Shown here: positions 38,647 through 47,081 of the stretch, piece after piece
How positions within the stretch are numbered: position 1 is the stretch's first letter
Layout of the letters: every line of letters begins with the position of its first letter
IMG/VR virus record: IMGVR_UViG_3300032247_000581
Coordinates: 31,921 to 95,920 of that record
Reading direction: 5' to 3' (one strand)
DNA length: 64,000 bases
Origin: a virus
Lineage: Duplodnaviria > Caudoviricetes
Notes under the pieces: model-generated
Seen by the model: the letters and a program-made list of their open reading frames with translations, nothing else
Databases searched by the model: none
Told to the model about the DNA's origin: nothing
Program-made: the position numbers and the translations under genes

Positions 38647-38874
38647 TTAGAGCCACTTAGCCTTGTACTCTTCTACTGCTTTTCGTGCCGTTTCAATTTC
38701 GGCCTCCAAAACGGTTATATCTTCAGCAGAGAGTTTATCTTTGTTCTCTTCATAGATTTTTAAACCAGTTTCAAAGTTTTGCTCAAAAATCTGCAGCGTC
38801 AGCTCTCTACGCTGTTTAACAAAATCTGCGGCTTCGGCAAGACGGGCGGCTCTTTTTTCGCTTGTTTTACTCAC
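38647..38874 (-). CDS. Small coiled-coil protein
   Basis: Likely GTG start (VSKTSEK). Confidence 0.5.
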   Translation of the reverse strand: MSKTSEKRAARLAEAADFVKQRRELTLQIFEQNFETGLKIYEENKDKLSAEDITVLEAEIETARKAVEEYKAKWL

Positions 38875-39223
38875 GGCTATAATCATCCTCAATACGAACA
38901 ATGTCGTCTTCGCCAAAATAAAGTCCTAGTTGAACCTCAATAAATACTAAATCGGTATCTCCTGTATTTGCAATACGGTGAGCTGCCCCCACTGGCACTA
39001 TAAAGGCATCTCCTGCTAAACAAGAGGACTCTTCACCATCTAAAGTAATAACTCCGCTACCTTCAACAATAACCCAATATTCAGAGCGTTTTTCATGTGT
39101 TTGATAAGACAGGCGATGTCCTGGATGAACCGTAATAGTCTTTGTCTTACTTGCAGGACTTTCATCTACAATCGTATATGTTCCCCAAGGACGCGTCTGT
39201 GTCTTACTCAAATTGACCACCAA
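38867..39223 (-). CDS. Cupin, mannose-6-phosphate isomerase type II C-terminal-like
   Basis: RPWG.Y...LSYQTHEKRSEYW...HRIAN...IEVQLG.YFGEDDIVRIEDDY. Confidence 0.85.
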   Translation of the reverse strand: MVVNLSKTQTRPWGTYTIVDESPASKTKTITVHPGHRLSYQTHEKRSEYWVIVEGSGVITLDGEESSCLAGDAFIVPVGAAHRIANTGDTDLVFIEVQLGLYFGEDDIVRIEDDYSRE

Positions 39224-39978
39224 ACAGGTTTTTCATCTTTATGCTCTTCTTTCCAGATGCGATGTTGTTCATTAATGTAAGCCCAGTCTATATCCCTATT
39301 GTTTTTTTCGCCCTTAGGCTCGCTGGTATCTTCACTCATGGCGCACTCCTAGAACAGACACATTTACAGGTATCTACAAAACATACGGTACTGTCATAGA
39401 GTTCATGCTCACATTTAATACAGGCGCTCATATGCTCCCCTTAAATTTAGAGGCAGTTTACGGACTATGCCCAGGTCCATCGACAAGGTAGCGATACGTT
39501 GTCGAAAGTTAGTATACCTACTCGATGACCTCAAAGCCATACAAAATATCGATAGCCAATGAGTAGCCCTCGGCAATTGCCTCCAAAGCTCGATAGGCAA
39601 GTCCCCCTTTGTCCTCACACATATCCATAGAGGCGATGATAGCCATCTCTTGTTCTTTAAGCTCTAAAATTGCTTGTGCAAGTTCTTTATCAGGCGTCAT
39701 TTTTCTCCCTACAATCAACACAGATTTTCTCAGGAATACTATAGACAATCAAAGTCTTGCAATCAGTTGCCCAGTTCCCGCACTGGCTACAATAGCCTTT
39801 TGTCCCCACCTTGCTCATCCCCACCACCCTTTAGCCATTCCATAGCCATAGATACCAAATGCAATACCAACAGTGTTTATAACTGCTATCCAGATAAGAA
39901 TTCCTATAACCATTTCAACTCCTTAAATGTAGATACAACGCTAGTGTAAAAAATATACAGATATACATCGCCATCATA

Positions 39979-40455
39979 TTAGAATCCTCTGTAGTAGCAA
40001 ACTTTGTCCAAGTAGTCGGCGCCCCAGCCCCTAGAGTAGTTAGCAGCCTGCTCTGGGGATAAGTTCTCCAGCAGCACCTGATAGACGCCCAAACGTTTAA
40101 TGCGCTTTCGCAACGGCAGCCTCTCCCCGAGCGGGCTTTTTTTGTTCTCCTCTGCAATCATGCCATAGTATAAAACTTTGAATATGGTCGCCGCCTTAGC
40201 AGTATCGGCATACTGGGCTGATATGGTGTGAATCAACAGGAGCACCTCTTCACGGATAGTTTCGTCGGTGAGCTCGTAGATGCCGATGAAGTCTTGATAG
40301 ATGTCGCTAGGGGCGCGGTATTGTGTGAAATCTTTAAGTATTTGAAAGTACCAGGAGTCGGTGGGGGCAAATCTTGTCTGTCCATCAATGACATAGACGC
40401 ACCAACCATCAAAGCGTCCATTATCAAATACTACCTGTGCATTCTCAAAATCCAT
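39979..40455 (-). CDS. Conserved bacterial-type hypothetical protein (GRFDGWCVY...GMIAEENK...KRIKRLG)
   Basis: Likely start MDFEN, 7 nt after TATTCT. Confidence 0.6.
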   Translation of the reverse strand: MDFENAQVVFDNGRFDGWCVYVIDGQTRFAPTDSWYFQILKDFTQYRAPSDIYQDFIGIYELTDETIREEVLLLIHTISAQYADTAKAATIFKVLYYGMIAEENKKSPLGERLPLRKRIKRLGVYQVLLENLSPEQAANYSRGWGADYLDKVCYYRGF

Positions 40456-40582
40456 AAGGGCGAGAATATCATAGGTGCGGCTACTGCTTAACGCGCACAC
40501 CTTCATCAAAAAATTTTTTACTGCTGCCATGTGGTAGCTACTGTTTTATGTTTTTATACTCAAGTTGTGATACGGTGTCTAT

Positions 40583-41635
40583 ATGGAAAAACTTGAGCCT
40601 ACACTTGATACTCGTTGCGGAAGCTATGCTGGCTACAAAGCTCACCGTGACCGTAATGAGCAGCTCTGCCAGCCATGTCGAGACGCCATGAATGCCTACC
40701 GACGTGATAAATGGAAGAGTGACCCAAAGTATAAGAACCATGGAAAAGCATATAGGGAAAGACATCCAGAGCGCGTAAAAGAGCAAGCAAAACGGCACAT
40801 TAAACACGTTGACCCAGAGGTCAAAGCAGCACGTAAAGCTGAGCGAGCAAAGGCAACTGCTGAACGTGCGGCAATTCGTAAAGCCGAAAAACAAGCTATA
40901 CGAGCTGCAAAGCTATCTGAACAGAGGAAGGCTACTCTTGCTCGTCAAAAAACAGAAAAAGCTCTTAAAGCCCAAAAATCAGCAGAGACTCAAGCACGGC
41001 TAGCGGCAAAGTACGCTGCAATGAACAAAGCCCGCGAAGAGCGCAAAGCAGCAGAGAAAGCCGCAAAAACAGCAGCTCGCAAAGCAGCTAGCGAGGCTCG
41101 ACGCCATCAGCGCAACGAGGAGCGCAAAGCCAACCGCAAGATACGAGAAACTAACCGAACCAAACTTGCACATCAACACGGAACTGGTCCAGGAGATTAC
41201 GACCGATGCCGTAAAAACAATAACGGCGTAGCATGTGATGCCTGCAAAGCAGCAGCAGCTAAGTACGCACGCGAGAAGTTTCATTCAGACCCAAAGTACA
41301 AAGAGGCTGAAAAACGATGGAGACAAGCAAACCCGCATAAGGTATACCGCGACAGTAAAAACCGAGCAGTCAAACATGGTGGCAAACATAAGTACTACAC
41401 ACGCCAACATATCTTTGACAGAGATGGTTATGACTGCTATATCTGCAATACCCCAGTAGACCTTGCGGCTAACCACATTCAAGGGCAACCTGGTTGGGAG
41501 CTTTATCCCCACATCGAGCATGTCAAACCTCTATCCAAAGGTGGAGACGATGTTCTTGAAAACGTAAAGATAGCCCATGCAGTATGCAACATTCGCAAAG
41601 GCACACAATTTGATGAGGCTACGGCTACTGTGTAG
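40583..41635 (+). CDS. HNH endonuclease with duplicated Zn-finger-like modules and Lys/Ala linker
   Basis: RDGYDCYIC...HIEHVKPLSKGG....N...AH..CN..KG. Confidence 0.85.
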   Translation: MEKLEPTLDTRCGSYAGYKAHRDRNEQLCQPCRDAMNAYRRDKWKSDPKYKNHGKAYRERHPERVKEQAKRHIKHVDPEVKAARKAERAKATAERAAIRKAEKQAIRAAKLSEQRKATLARQKTEKALKAQKSAETQARLAAKYAAMNKAREERKAAEKAAKTAARKAASEARRHQRNEERKANRKIRETNRTKLAHQHGTGPGDYDRCRKNNNGVACDACKAAAAKYAREKFHSDPKYKEAEKRWRQANPHKVYRDSKNRAVKHGGKHKYYTRQHIFDRDGYDCYICNTPVDLAANHIQGQPGWELYPHIEHVKPLSKGGDDVLENVKIAHAVCNIRKGTQFDEATATV

Positions 41636-41776
41636 CACATTCAACCTCAAAAATTTTTATACCCCCCTCACTTGGAGCACTGCCTAGCTTTAGACAAACT
41701 TTACCTACGGCTGCGGCCTGACCACTTTCCTGAGAATCACCTGTGCTAACCCTGGGGGGGTCGTGAGGGTAGAGGG

Positions 41777-41830
41777 TGTGGATAACTATATCCACAGGCT
41801 TTGCAGGCTATCTATCAGGCTCATTATAGT
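41777..41830 (+). promoter_or_regulatory. DnaA-box pair plus sigma-70-type promoter P1
   Basis: TGTGGATAA-ct-ATATCCACA-4nt-TTGCAG-18nt-TATAGT. Confidence 0.8.
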
Positions 41831-41877
41831 TATCTCATCGGCGCAGACGGCGCGGATATCTTATAGGGGGCAATTAA

Positions 41878-42057
41878 ATGGCAATTGACATCACTACAGA
41901 TAACAAGGCACTTTCCTATGTGGATTTAATCTGCATCAGTAATCTCCTACTAGCACACTCATTAGACGCAGGCGTTAAGGGTAACAGTGAGACTGCAACA
42001 CTAGCACTTAATCTCGCACAGAAAATCCACTCTATCCTTAAAGATATGGAGGCATAA
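41878..42057 (+). CDS. Small early protein (59 aa)
   Basis: AGGGGG RBS; first gene after P1. Confidence 0.55.
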   Translation: MAIDITTDNKALSYVDLICISNLLLAHSLDAGVKGNSETATLALNLAQKIHSILKDMEA

Positions 42058-42059
42058 TC

Positions 42060-42266
42060 ATGGCAACAACAATACATCTCGGCGGGATAGATAGCGACTG
42101 TGCTCAATGTGTAGCAGTAGCAACACCTAGTAAATGTGAACGGTGTGGTTCATTAGGCGCCGATACTTATACATATGAAGGCAGCGAGTGGACGACCTGT
42201 AAGTCATGCGAGGCTATTAGTGAACTAGCAATAGATAGTTATCTAGCAGATATTAGGGGGGAATAA
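42060..42266 (+). CDS. Small Cys-rich early protein
   Basis: Three CxxC motifs; GGAGG RBS. Confidence 0.6.
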   Translation: MATTIHLGGIDSDCAQCVAVATPSKCERCGSLGADTYTYEGSEWTTCKSCEAISELAIDSYLADIRGE

Positions 42267-42424
42267 TCGTGGTTCATTGGATGCAGACTTCAGACTTCTT
42301 TCTAGGCTTTGTAGTGTTGATACTACCTTTCTTAGTAGTAATGGCATGGGAGTCATGGCGCGAAAAAATACAAAATACATGGTTAGACGGTTATAGTGCA
42401 GGATACAAGGACGGGGATAAGTAG

Positions 42425-42622
42425 ATGCCCGCATATCCACAATTTCTTTACGAGGTAGAATCACCATTAAATTGGGATGCAGATTATTCATACCTAGAGT
42501 ATGAATTTTGCAAAATTGACAACGAGCATGAACAGGTTATTGCTTTATGGCAAGCACACCTTGAATTTATTACACCTAGCGATTTTGGTACACCTGACGA
42601 GGGAGAAGGAGTATTAGTATGA
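42425..42622 (+). CDS. Small acidic early protein
   Basis: 65-aa ORF. Confidence 0.55.
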   Translation: MPAYPQFLYEVESPLNWDADYSYLEYEFCKIDNEHEQVIALWQAHLEFITPSDFGTPDEGEGVLV

Positions 42623-42927
42623 GAAGGAACGCGCAAGGTGTGCCAGTCTGGGAGTGGACTATCACTGTGACTCTTTGGAGTGACAAGGTGAAAGACTCTT
42701 TCAAAGTTACTACCATGGTCTATCACACTAATGAAGCAATGGCTGGAGATGTAGGAGCCAAAAAAATTCAAGAAGCTTTCGGATTAAACTTTGATGAGTT
42801 TGATTGGGGTTGGAAAGTTGAGGCTGAGATGAGTGAGGAGTCACTACGCGACTTTAATAGTTCGACCCTGACGTTATCCGATGTAATTAACCACAATCCC
42901 TACATGTCTAAGGAGGTAAGCGCATGA
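42619..42927 (+). CDS. Early hypothetical protein
   Basis: AAGGAG RBS; ATGA overlap. Confidence 0.6.
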   Translation: MRRNAQGVPVWEWTITVTLWSDKVKDSFKVTTMVYHTNEAMAGDVGAKKIQEAFGLNFDEFDWGWKVEAEMSEESLRDFNSSTLTLSDVINHNPYMSKEVSA

Positions 42928-43118
42928 TTAAAGTATGGGAAAGTAAAAACACGCACGATAAATTCTTATTGATTACCTATAGAAAGGGCAAGTCTAGAAA
43001 GGTAGAAACCTTAAAGATACCTCTTGAATATGTAGAAGAGGTTATAGAAAAAGATTAGCCCCCCAGCTAAAACACGCAACCTCACCCTTTCCGTCGGGGG
43101 TGGGGTTGTTGTGCTAGT

Positions 43119-43172
43119 TGTGGATAACTTTATACACAGCCCTTGTACTAGGCCTAGGAGAGAACATAGACT
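43119..43172 (+). promoter_or_regulatory. DnaA-box pair plus promoter P2
   Basis: TGTGGATAA-ct-TTATACACA-4nt-TTGTAC-18nt-TAGACT. Confidence 0.8.
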
Positions 43173-43209
43173 AGCCTTAATAGAGGCCGATTATGAAGGG
43201 AGCGAATAA

Positions 43210-43332
43210 ATGCCAGAAGTACGCGATGTAGTTAAAGTAAGCATCAAAGAACTAAAACTGAGCAAGGTAGAACCAACTAACGAGTTCGAATGGAACTTAG
43301 TTAATAACTACTTACTAGAAAAGTGTAAGTAA
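43210..43332 (+). CDS. 40-aa monocistronic early peptide
   Basis: AAGGGAG RBS; lies between P2 and a terminator. Confidence 0.5.
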   Translation: MPEVRDVVKVSIKELKLSKVEPTNEFEWNLVNNYLLEKCK

Positions 43333-43340
43333 AAGCAAGG

Positions 43341-43361
43341 GCTCCCGCAAGGGAGCTTTTT
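43341..43361 (+). terminator. Intrinsic terminator
   Basis: gctccc-gcaa-gggagc-ttttt. Confidence 0.8.
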
Positions 43362-43439
43362 GTTTGTGTTGGGGCTGGTGTGTGTGGTGTGTGTTTTAAA
43401 GGCATTGGCTATAAGCGCAGCTTATAGCCAACACAAACA
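43361..43439. repeat. Inverted-repeat element 1 (GTTTGTGTTGG...CCAACACAAAC)
   Basis: 12-bp terminal IR, GT-rich interior and an internal 12-bp hairpin. Confidence 0.75.
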
Positions 43440-43462
43440 TTCCCCCCGCGCTCGGGCGTGTC

Positions 43463-43516
43463 TGTGGATAACTTTGTCCACAACCTTTGCACTAGGCTTA
43501 AGAGTGAGTCTAGACT
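43463..43516 (+). promoter_or_regulatory. DnaA-box pair plus promoter P3
   Basis: TGTGGATAA-ct-TTGTCCACA-4nt-TTGCAC-18nt-TAGACT. Confidence 0.8.
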
Positions 43517-43557
43517 AATCCTATCGCCAACAAGGGCGAGAGAATAAGGGGCAAAAA

Positions 43558-44547
43558 ATGGCACATATGTTAGAACAGGGAGAGAATGGCGAAACCGCTT
43601 TCGCTACCCGCAGCACACCTGCATGGCACAATCTAGGCACAGTGTTTGAAGATACACTATCAACTAGCCAAATGCTAGAAACCGCACACCTTAACAATTG
43701 GGATGTTCGCCTAGAAAAAATCACTTATCCAGAAGGGTACACAACTACTAAGGATGCTTTTAGCGTCGTACGCAATCATCCTTTTAATGGCAATCCCGAT
43801 GTTTTAGCGGTAGTCGGCGAGCGCTACAAGGTACTACAAAACGAGGAACTATTCTCATTCGGTGATGGCCTTACCGACGGCGGGGCAACATGGGAGACAG
43901 CGGGCTCAATCAAGAATGGCAAGGTAGTTTTTGGCTCTCTATCGGTTCCGCATGAATTTATCCTAGACCCACAAGGGGCTAACGATAAGACAGTGACCTA
44001 TCTTCTAGTTCACACATCACACGACGGCAGCACAGCGCTACAAGCCAACATCACACCCGTTAGAGTCGTATGCCAAAACACATTAAATATGGCGCTATCT
44101 AACACTAAGCAATCTTTCAAGGTACGCCACACACAGACAATCAACGGTCGCATGGAAGAGGCGCAACGTGTACTAGGTTTAACTAATACACATATGGATG
44201 AATTTGAAAAACTAGCGCGAGACCTATTCCAGACGGAGATTACAAATGCACAATTTGACAAGCTTGTCGCACAACTCTACCCAAAGCCTGATGAACTCTC
44301 CAAAATGGCTAACACCAAATACGAGCAGAAAATCGACACGATTAACAATCTCTACAAGGTCGCTCACACTCAAGATAACATTCGTGGCACCAAATGGGGA
44401 GCGCTTAACGCGCTCACTGAGCGAGTCGATTACTACCGCACAGCGCGAACAGGTAACGATGATTCCCTCATGGCTAGTGCAAGTGGATTCGATGTCCAGA
44501 CCAATGCAGAAAAGGGCAAAATTCTAAGAGCGGTCATGGCACTGTAA
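43558..44547 (+). CDS. DUF932 / phage-plasmid TIGR03299-like protein
   Basis: MAH...PAWHNLG, YKVLQNEE.F, ETAGS...G, SHDGS, TPVRVVCQNT, GTKWGALNA. Confidence 0.85.
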   Translation: MAHMLEQGENGETAFATRSTPAWHNLGTVFEDTLSTSQMLETAHLNNWDVRLEKITYPEGYTTTKDAFSVVRNHPFNGNPDVLAVVGERYKVLQNEELFSFGDGLTDGGATWETAGSIKNGKVVFGSLSVPHEFILDPQGANDKTVTYLLVHTSHDGSTALQANITPVRVVCQNTLNMALSNTKQSFKVRHTQTINGRMEEAQRVLGLTNTHMDEFEKLARDLFQTEITNAQFDKLVAQLYPKPDELSKMANTKYEQKIDTINNLYKVAHTQDNIRGTKWGALNALTERVDYYRTARTGNDDSLMASASGFDVQTNAEKGKILRAVMAL

Positions 44548-44561
44548 CAAGATAAGTAGAG

Positions 44562-44591
44562 GCGCCCTCAGCAATGGGGGCGCTTTTTTTT
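44562..44591 (+). terminator. Intrinsic terminator
   Basis: gcgccctca-gcaa-tgggggcgc-T8. Confidence 0.8.
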
Positions 44592-44627
44592 GATTTGACA
44601 ACTTTAGAATTTCCTGTAGTGTTAACC

Positions 44628-44723
44628 CTAGTCTCATCTATGGAACTGTTCAATGGACAGGAGACACCCTTTGAAGCAAACATGGAGGGACTAGTTGGTA
44701 AGAACTAGTCCCTCCACCTTCTT
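44628..44723 (+). ncRNA. Candidate small structured transcript
   Basis: TTGACA at 44595 and TAGTGT at 44617; GTCTC/GAGAC stem; perfect 14-bp hairpin at 44683-44716. Confidence 0.35.
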
Positions 44724-44787
44724 GCTTAGATATCCTACATCATCTTGACCAGTCATGCAACCAGAGTCCCACCTCCCAATTAAAAAA

Positions 44788-44861
44788 TGTTTGTGTTGGT
44801 GGCGTGCGTGTGTGTGTATCTTTACATTTAATACTTTAGGAGCTTTGCTCCAACACAAACA
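44788..44861. repeat. Inverted-repeat element 2
   Basis: TGTTTGTGTTGG...CCAACACAAACA. Confidence 0.75.
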
Positions 44862-44871
44862 ATGCCGAGCC

Positions 44872-44925
44872 TGTGGATAACTTTATACACAGGATTTGTG
44901 AGCGTAAAGAGAGTGAGAGTAGAGT
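44872..44925 (+). promoter_or_regulatory. DnaA-box pair plus promoter P4
   Basis: TGTGGATAA-ct-TTATACACA-4nt-TTGTGA-18nt-TAGAGT. Confidence 0.8.
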
Positions 44926-44966
44926 CCTCTATGTAAGGGCAATTACTACTAACAAGGGGCGATAAA

Positions 44967-45200
44967 GTGGCAAACAAATACGATATAAAGATGAAGATTG
45001 ACTTTCAAGGCGAAATTATAGCAGAAAGTCAAGAAGAAGCCGAGCAATTGGCTTGGGACAAGTGGGGAGAGAACTCAGACGCCGAAATCTCATATGACGG
45101 TGTTGCTTCAATAAAGGTAGATGATTTGGGCGAAATCTGCGACAACTGCGAAGAAGTTCAAGACAACTGCGAGTGCGAAGAAGAAGGCGAGGCTGAGTAA
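44967..45200 (+). CDS. Very acidic small early protein
   Basis: About 25 D/E versus 5 K in 77 aa; AAGGGG RBS. Confidence 0.65.
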   Translation: MANKYDIKMKIDFQGEIIAESQEEAEQLAWDKWGENSDAEISYDGVASIKVDDLGEICDNCEEVQDNCECEEEGEAE

Positions 45201-45388
45201 TGACACGCAAAGACTTCTTTATCATTGCACGGGTATTGGCTAACTATTCAGCCGAAGGTGGAGTGGTTGTAGAGCGCGATGAAATCGCATACAAACTAGC
45301 CGACGATTTGGCTCTTGCTTATCCTCGCTTTGACCGTCGTAAGTTCCTAGTGGCTTGCGGTGTCTATGAAAAGGCGGTGAGCGCATGA
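45200..45388 (+). CDS. Small early protein (MTRKDF..IA...PRFD..KF..ACG family)
   Basis: Motif common in phage early regions. Confidence 0.65.
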   Translation: MTRKDFFIIARVLANYSAEGGVVVERDEIAYKLADDLALAYPRFDRRKFLVACGVYEKAVSA

Positions 45389-45512
45389 CTCAGAAAGAAT
45401 TAAGAATTATCTTATGGGCATTAAAAAAGATAAAAAGGGATAATAACTGGACATCCTATGCTGGCGAGCAGATGGATACTTTAATTAGTAAGATAAATTG
45501 GGAGGTGAGCGC

Positions 45513-45707
45513 ATGACTACTAAGATGATTTGGGAAGGCGCAATTAGCGCAGAAATGGTCAATGGCTGGACAGACGAGGCAATCGAGGCTGTGCAGGTCG
45601 CGTTAGATGAGGCGTTAGATGAGGTTTTTTGCGCCCATGAACAGGCAGAGATTACTGCCAACCCACTAGTAAGACTAGTATTGGAAGGGTACTTAAGTGA
45701 CAACTAG
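45513..45707 (+). CDS. Small acidic early protein
   Basis: GGAGGT RBS; ATGA overlap. Confidence 0.55.
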   Translation: MTTKMIWEGAISAEMVNGWTDEAIEAVQVALDEALDEVFCAHEQAEITANPLVRLVLEGYLSDN

Positions 45708-45815
45708 AATCCTAGAAAGAGCAGACGCACGGCTACATCATGCCGAGTTAATCCTTAAGCAGACCATTACTTATCTAAGGAAGAACGGACACATCAAAGA
45801 GGCAAACGAACTGAT

Positions 45816-46094
45816 GTGGGCGTGGTCACATATCAACAAGATAGATTGGCTGGACTAATGACAACCAAGTATGAGGTCGTAGATACAGCCGAATACAACA
45901 CTGATGTGGAACAAATAACTATCTTAGTAGTGGACGGCGAAAAATATAGGCACGTGGCTTATTACTCAGAGAAGTGTTCTGGCTATGATTGGTATAACGC
46001 AGAGGGCAAAAAAATTGACGACCCTGACTGGGCAGAAGACCTAGATATGGACGATATTTGGCGTTCTAATGAGTTTGCTAAGGAGCAGAAATGA
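45816..46094 (+). CDS. Acidic early protein
   Basis: ORF; start may be the ATG at 45858. Confidence 0.55.
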   Translation: MGVVTYQQDRLAGLMTTKYEVVDTAEYNTDVEQITILVVDGEKYRHVAYYSEKCSGYDWYNAEGKKIDDPDWAEDLDMDDIWRSNEFAKEQK

Positions 46095-46200
46095 GCCATC
46101 AACATGAGTGGAGTTGCTCAGATATTCCTGGAATCTATACCTGTCATTGTGGAGTAGAAGGTTACTGGAACAGGACTACTAGAGAGATAATGGGGCAAAA

Positions 46201-46476
46201 ATGAAGAAACCGCATATGTACTACTGGACTAAGGACAATCTTGACCATGAGTGGAGAATCTTGCTGGTTGGCGAATACGAAAAGTATGAAGACGGCAATA
46301 ACATTGTTTCTGAGCTGGATGTGGCTGAGTATTGGCTGGTCACAGATGAGAAAGCCTACCCAGAAACCCATGTACCTGATGAAATTTCGGGCTTTGTAGA
46401 GATGTTATTAGATGATAAAGATACATATATAGATATACAGAGAGAGTATGAGAAGGAAGGACAACACCTGACATAG
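46201..46476 (+). CDS. Acidic early protein
   Basis: GGGG-CAAAA-ATG RBS. Confidence 0.6.
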   Translation: MKKPHMYYWTKDNLDHEWRILLVGEYEKYEDGNNIVSELDVAEYWLVTDEKAYPETHVPDEISGFVEMLLDDKDTYIDIQREYEKEGQHLT

Positions 46477-46573
46477 AGTTCTCCCTGAGGGACAGGTCGA
46501 GACAGGAGATTGAGCGGGTTGCCCCCCGCTCTTTCTTCATTTTAGTAGAGATTTCGCGCCCTACGACCTTAAA

Positions 46574-46663
46574 GTTTGTGTTGGCACGGGTTGCTGTTGT
46601 CTGTAATGTGCTGATTGTGCGATATATAAGCTTAAAGATATACATCAAGTGTCCAACACAAAC
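46574..46663. repeat. Inverted-repeat element 3
   Basis: GTTTGTGTTGG...CCAACACAAAC. Confidence 0.75.
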
Positions 46664-46673
46664 CCGCCCGCCC

Positions 46674-46703
46674 TGTCAAATCCTGTGGATAAAGTTATGC
46701 ACA
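46674..46703 (-). promoter_or_regulatory. Inverted DnaA-box pair with TTGACA but no clear -10
   Basis: Minus strand reads TGTGCATAA-ct-TTATCCACA-ggat-TTGACA. Confidence 0.65.
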
Positions 46704-46942
46704 GGGCGATAGCGAGCGCAAATGTCGATAAATCGCTAATAAAGAGAGATTAGGCTACTACTTAGCTGAATTGAGAGAGTATGCGGTGATAAGGCCAGAG
46801 TTTTGACCTGCCTTGATTGAAAGTTATCGCATACGAGCCACAATGCTCAGATAAGCACAAAAGAGAGACTCTTCCCCCCTCTATCTATATATAAAGAAGA
46901 AGAGAAAAGCAAAGGGCGCGAAATTTACATAGAAAGAGGGGC

Positions 46943-46996
46943 TGTGGATAACTTTATGCACAGGCTTTGATTGTCGTATTACCACGCACCTAGACT
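46943..46996 (+). promoter_or_regulatory. DnaA-box pair plus promoter P5
   Basis: TGTGGATAA-ct-TTATGCACA-4nt-TTGATT-18nt-TAGACT. Confidence 0.8.
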
Positions 46997-47081
46997 CATA
47001 CCTGTTGGTCTCCAATGATACAGAGGTAAGGTTGCCGTAGTCGGTAGCACCAACATCACACACTATCGCAAGGGGCGAAAA

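Noticed and set aside
43361-46996. CRISPR mini-array or integron attC sites
   Set aside because: The repeats are far apart and irregularly spaced, arm order does not fit RYYYAAC...GTTRRRY, and no cas or integrase gene is in the window
47003-47056. Hammerhead or twister ribozyme
   Set aside because: Lacks CUGANGA/GAAA and twister core nucleotides; kept only as an unknown structure
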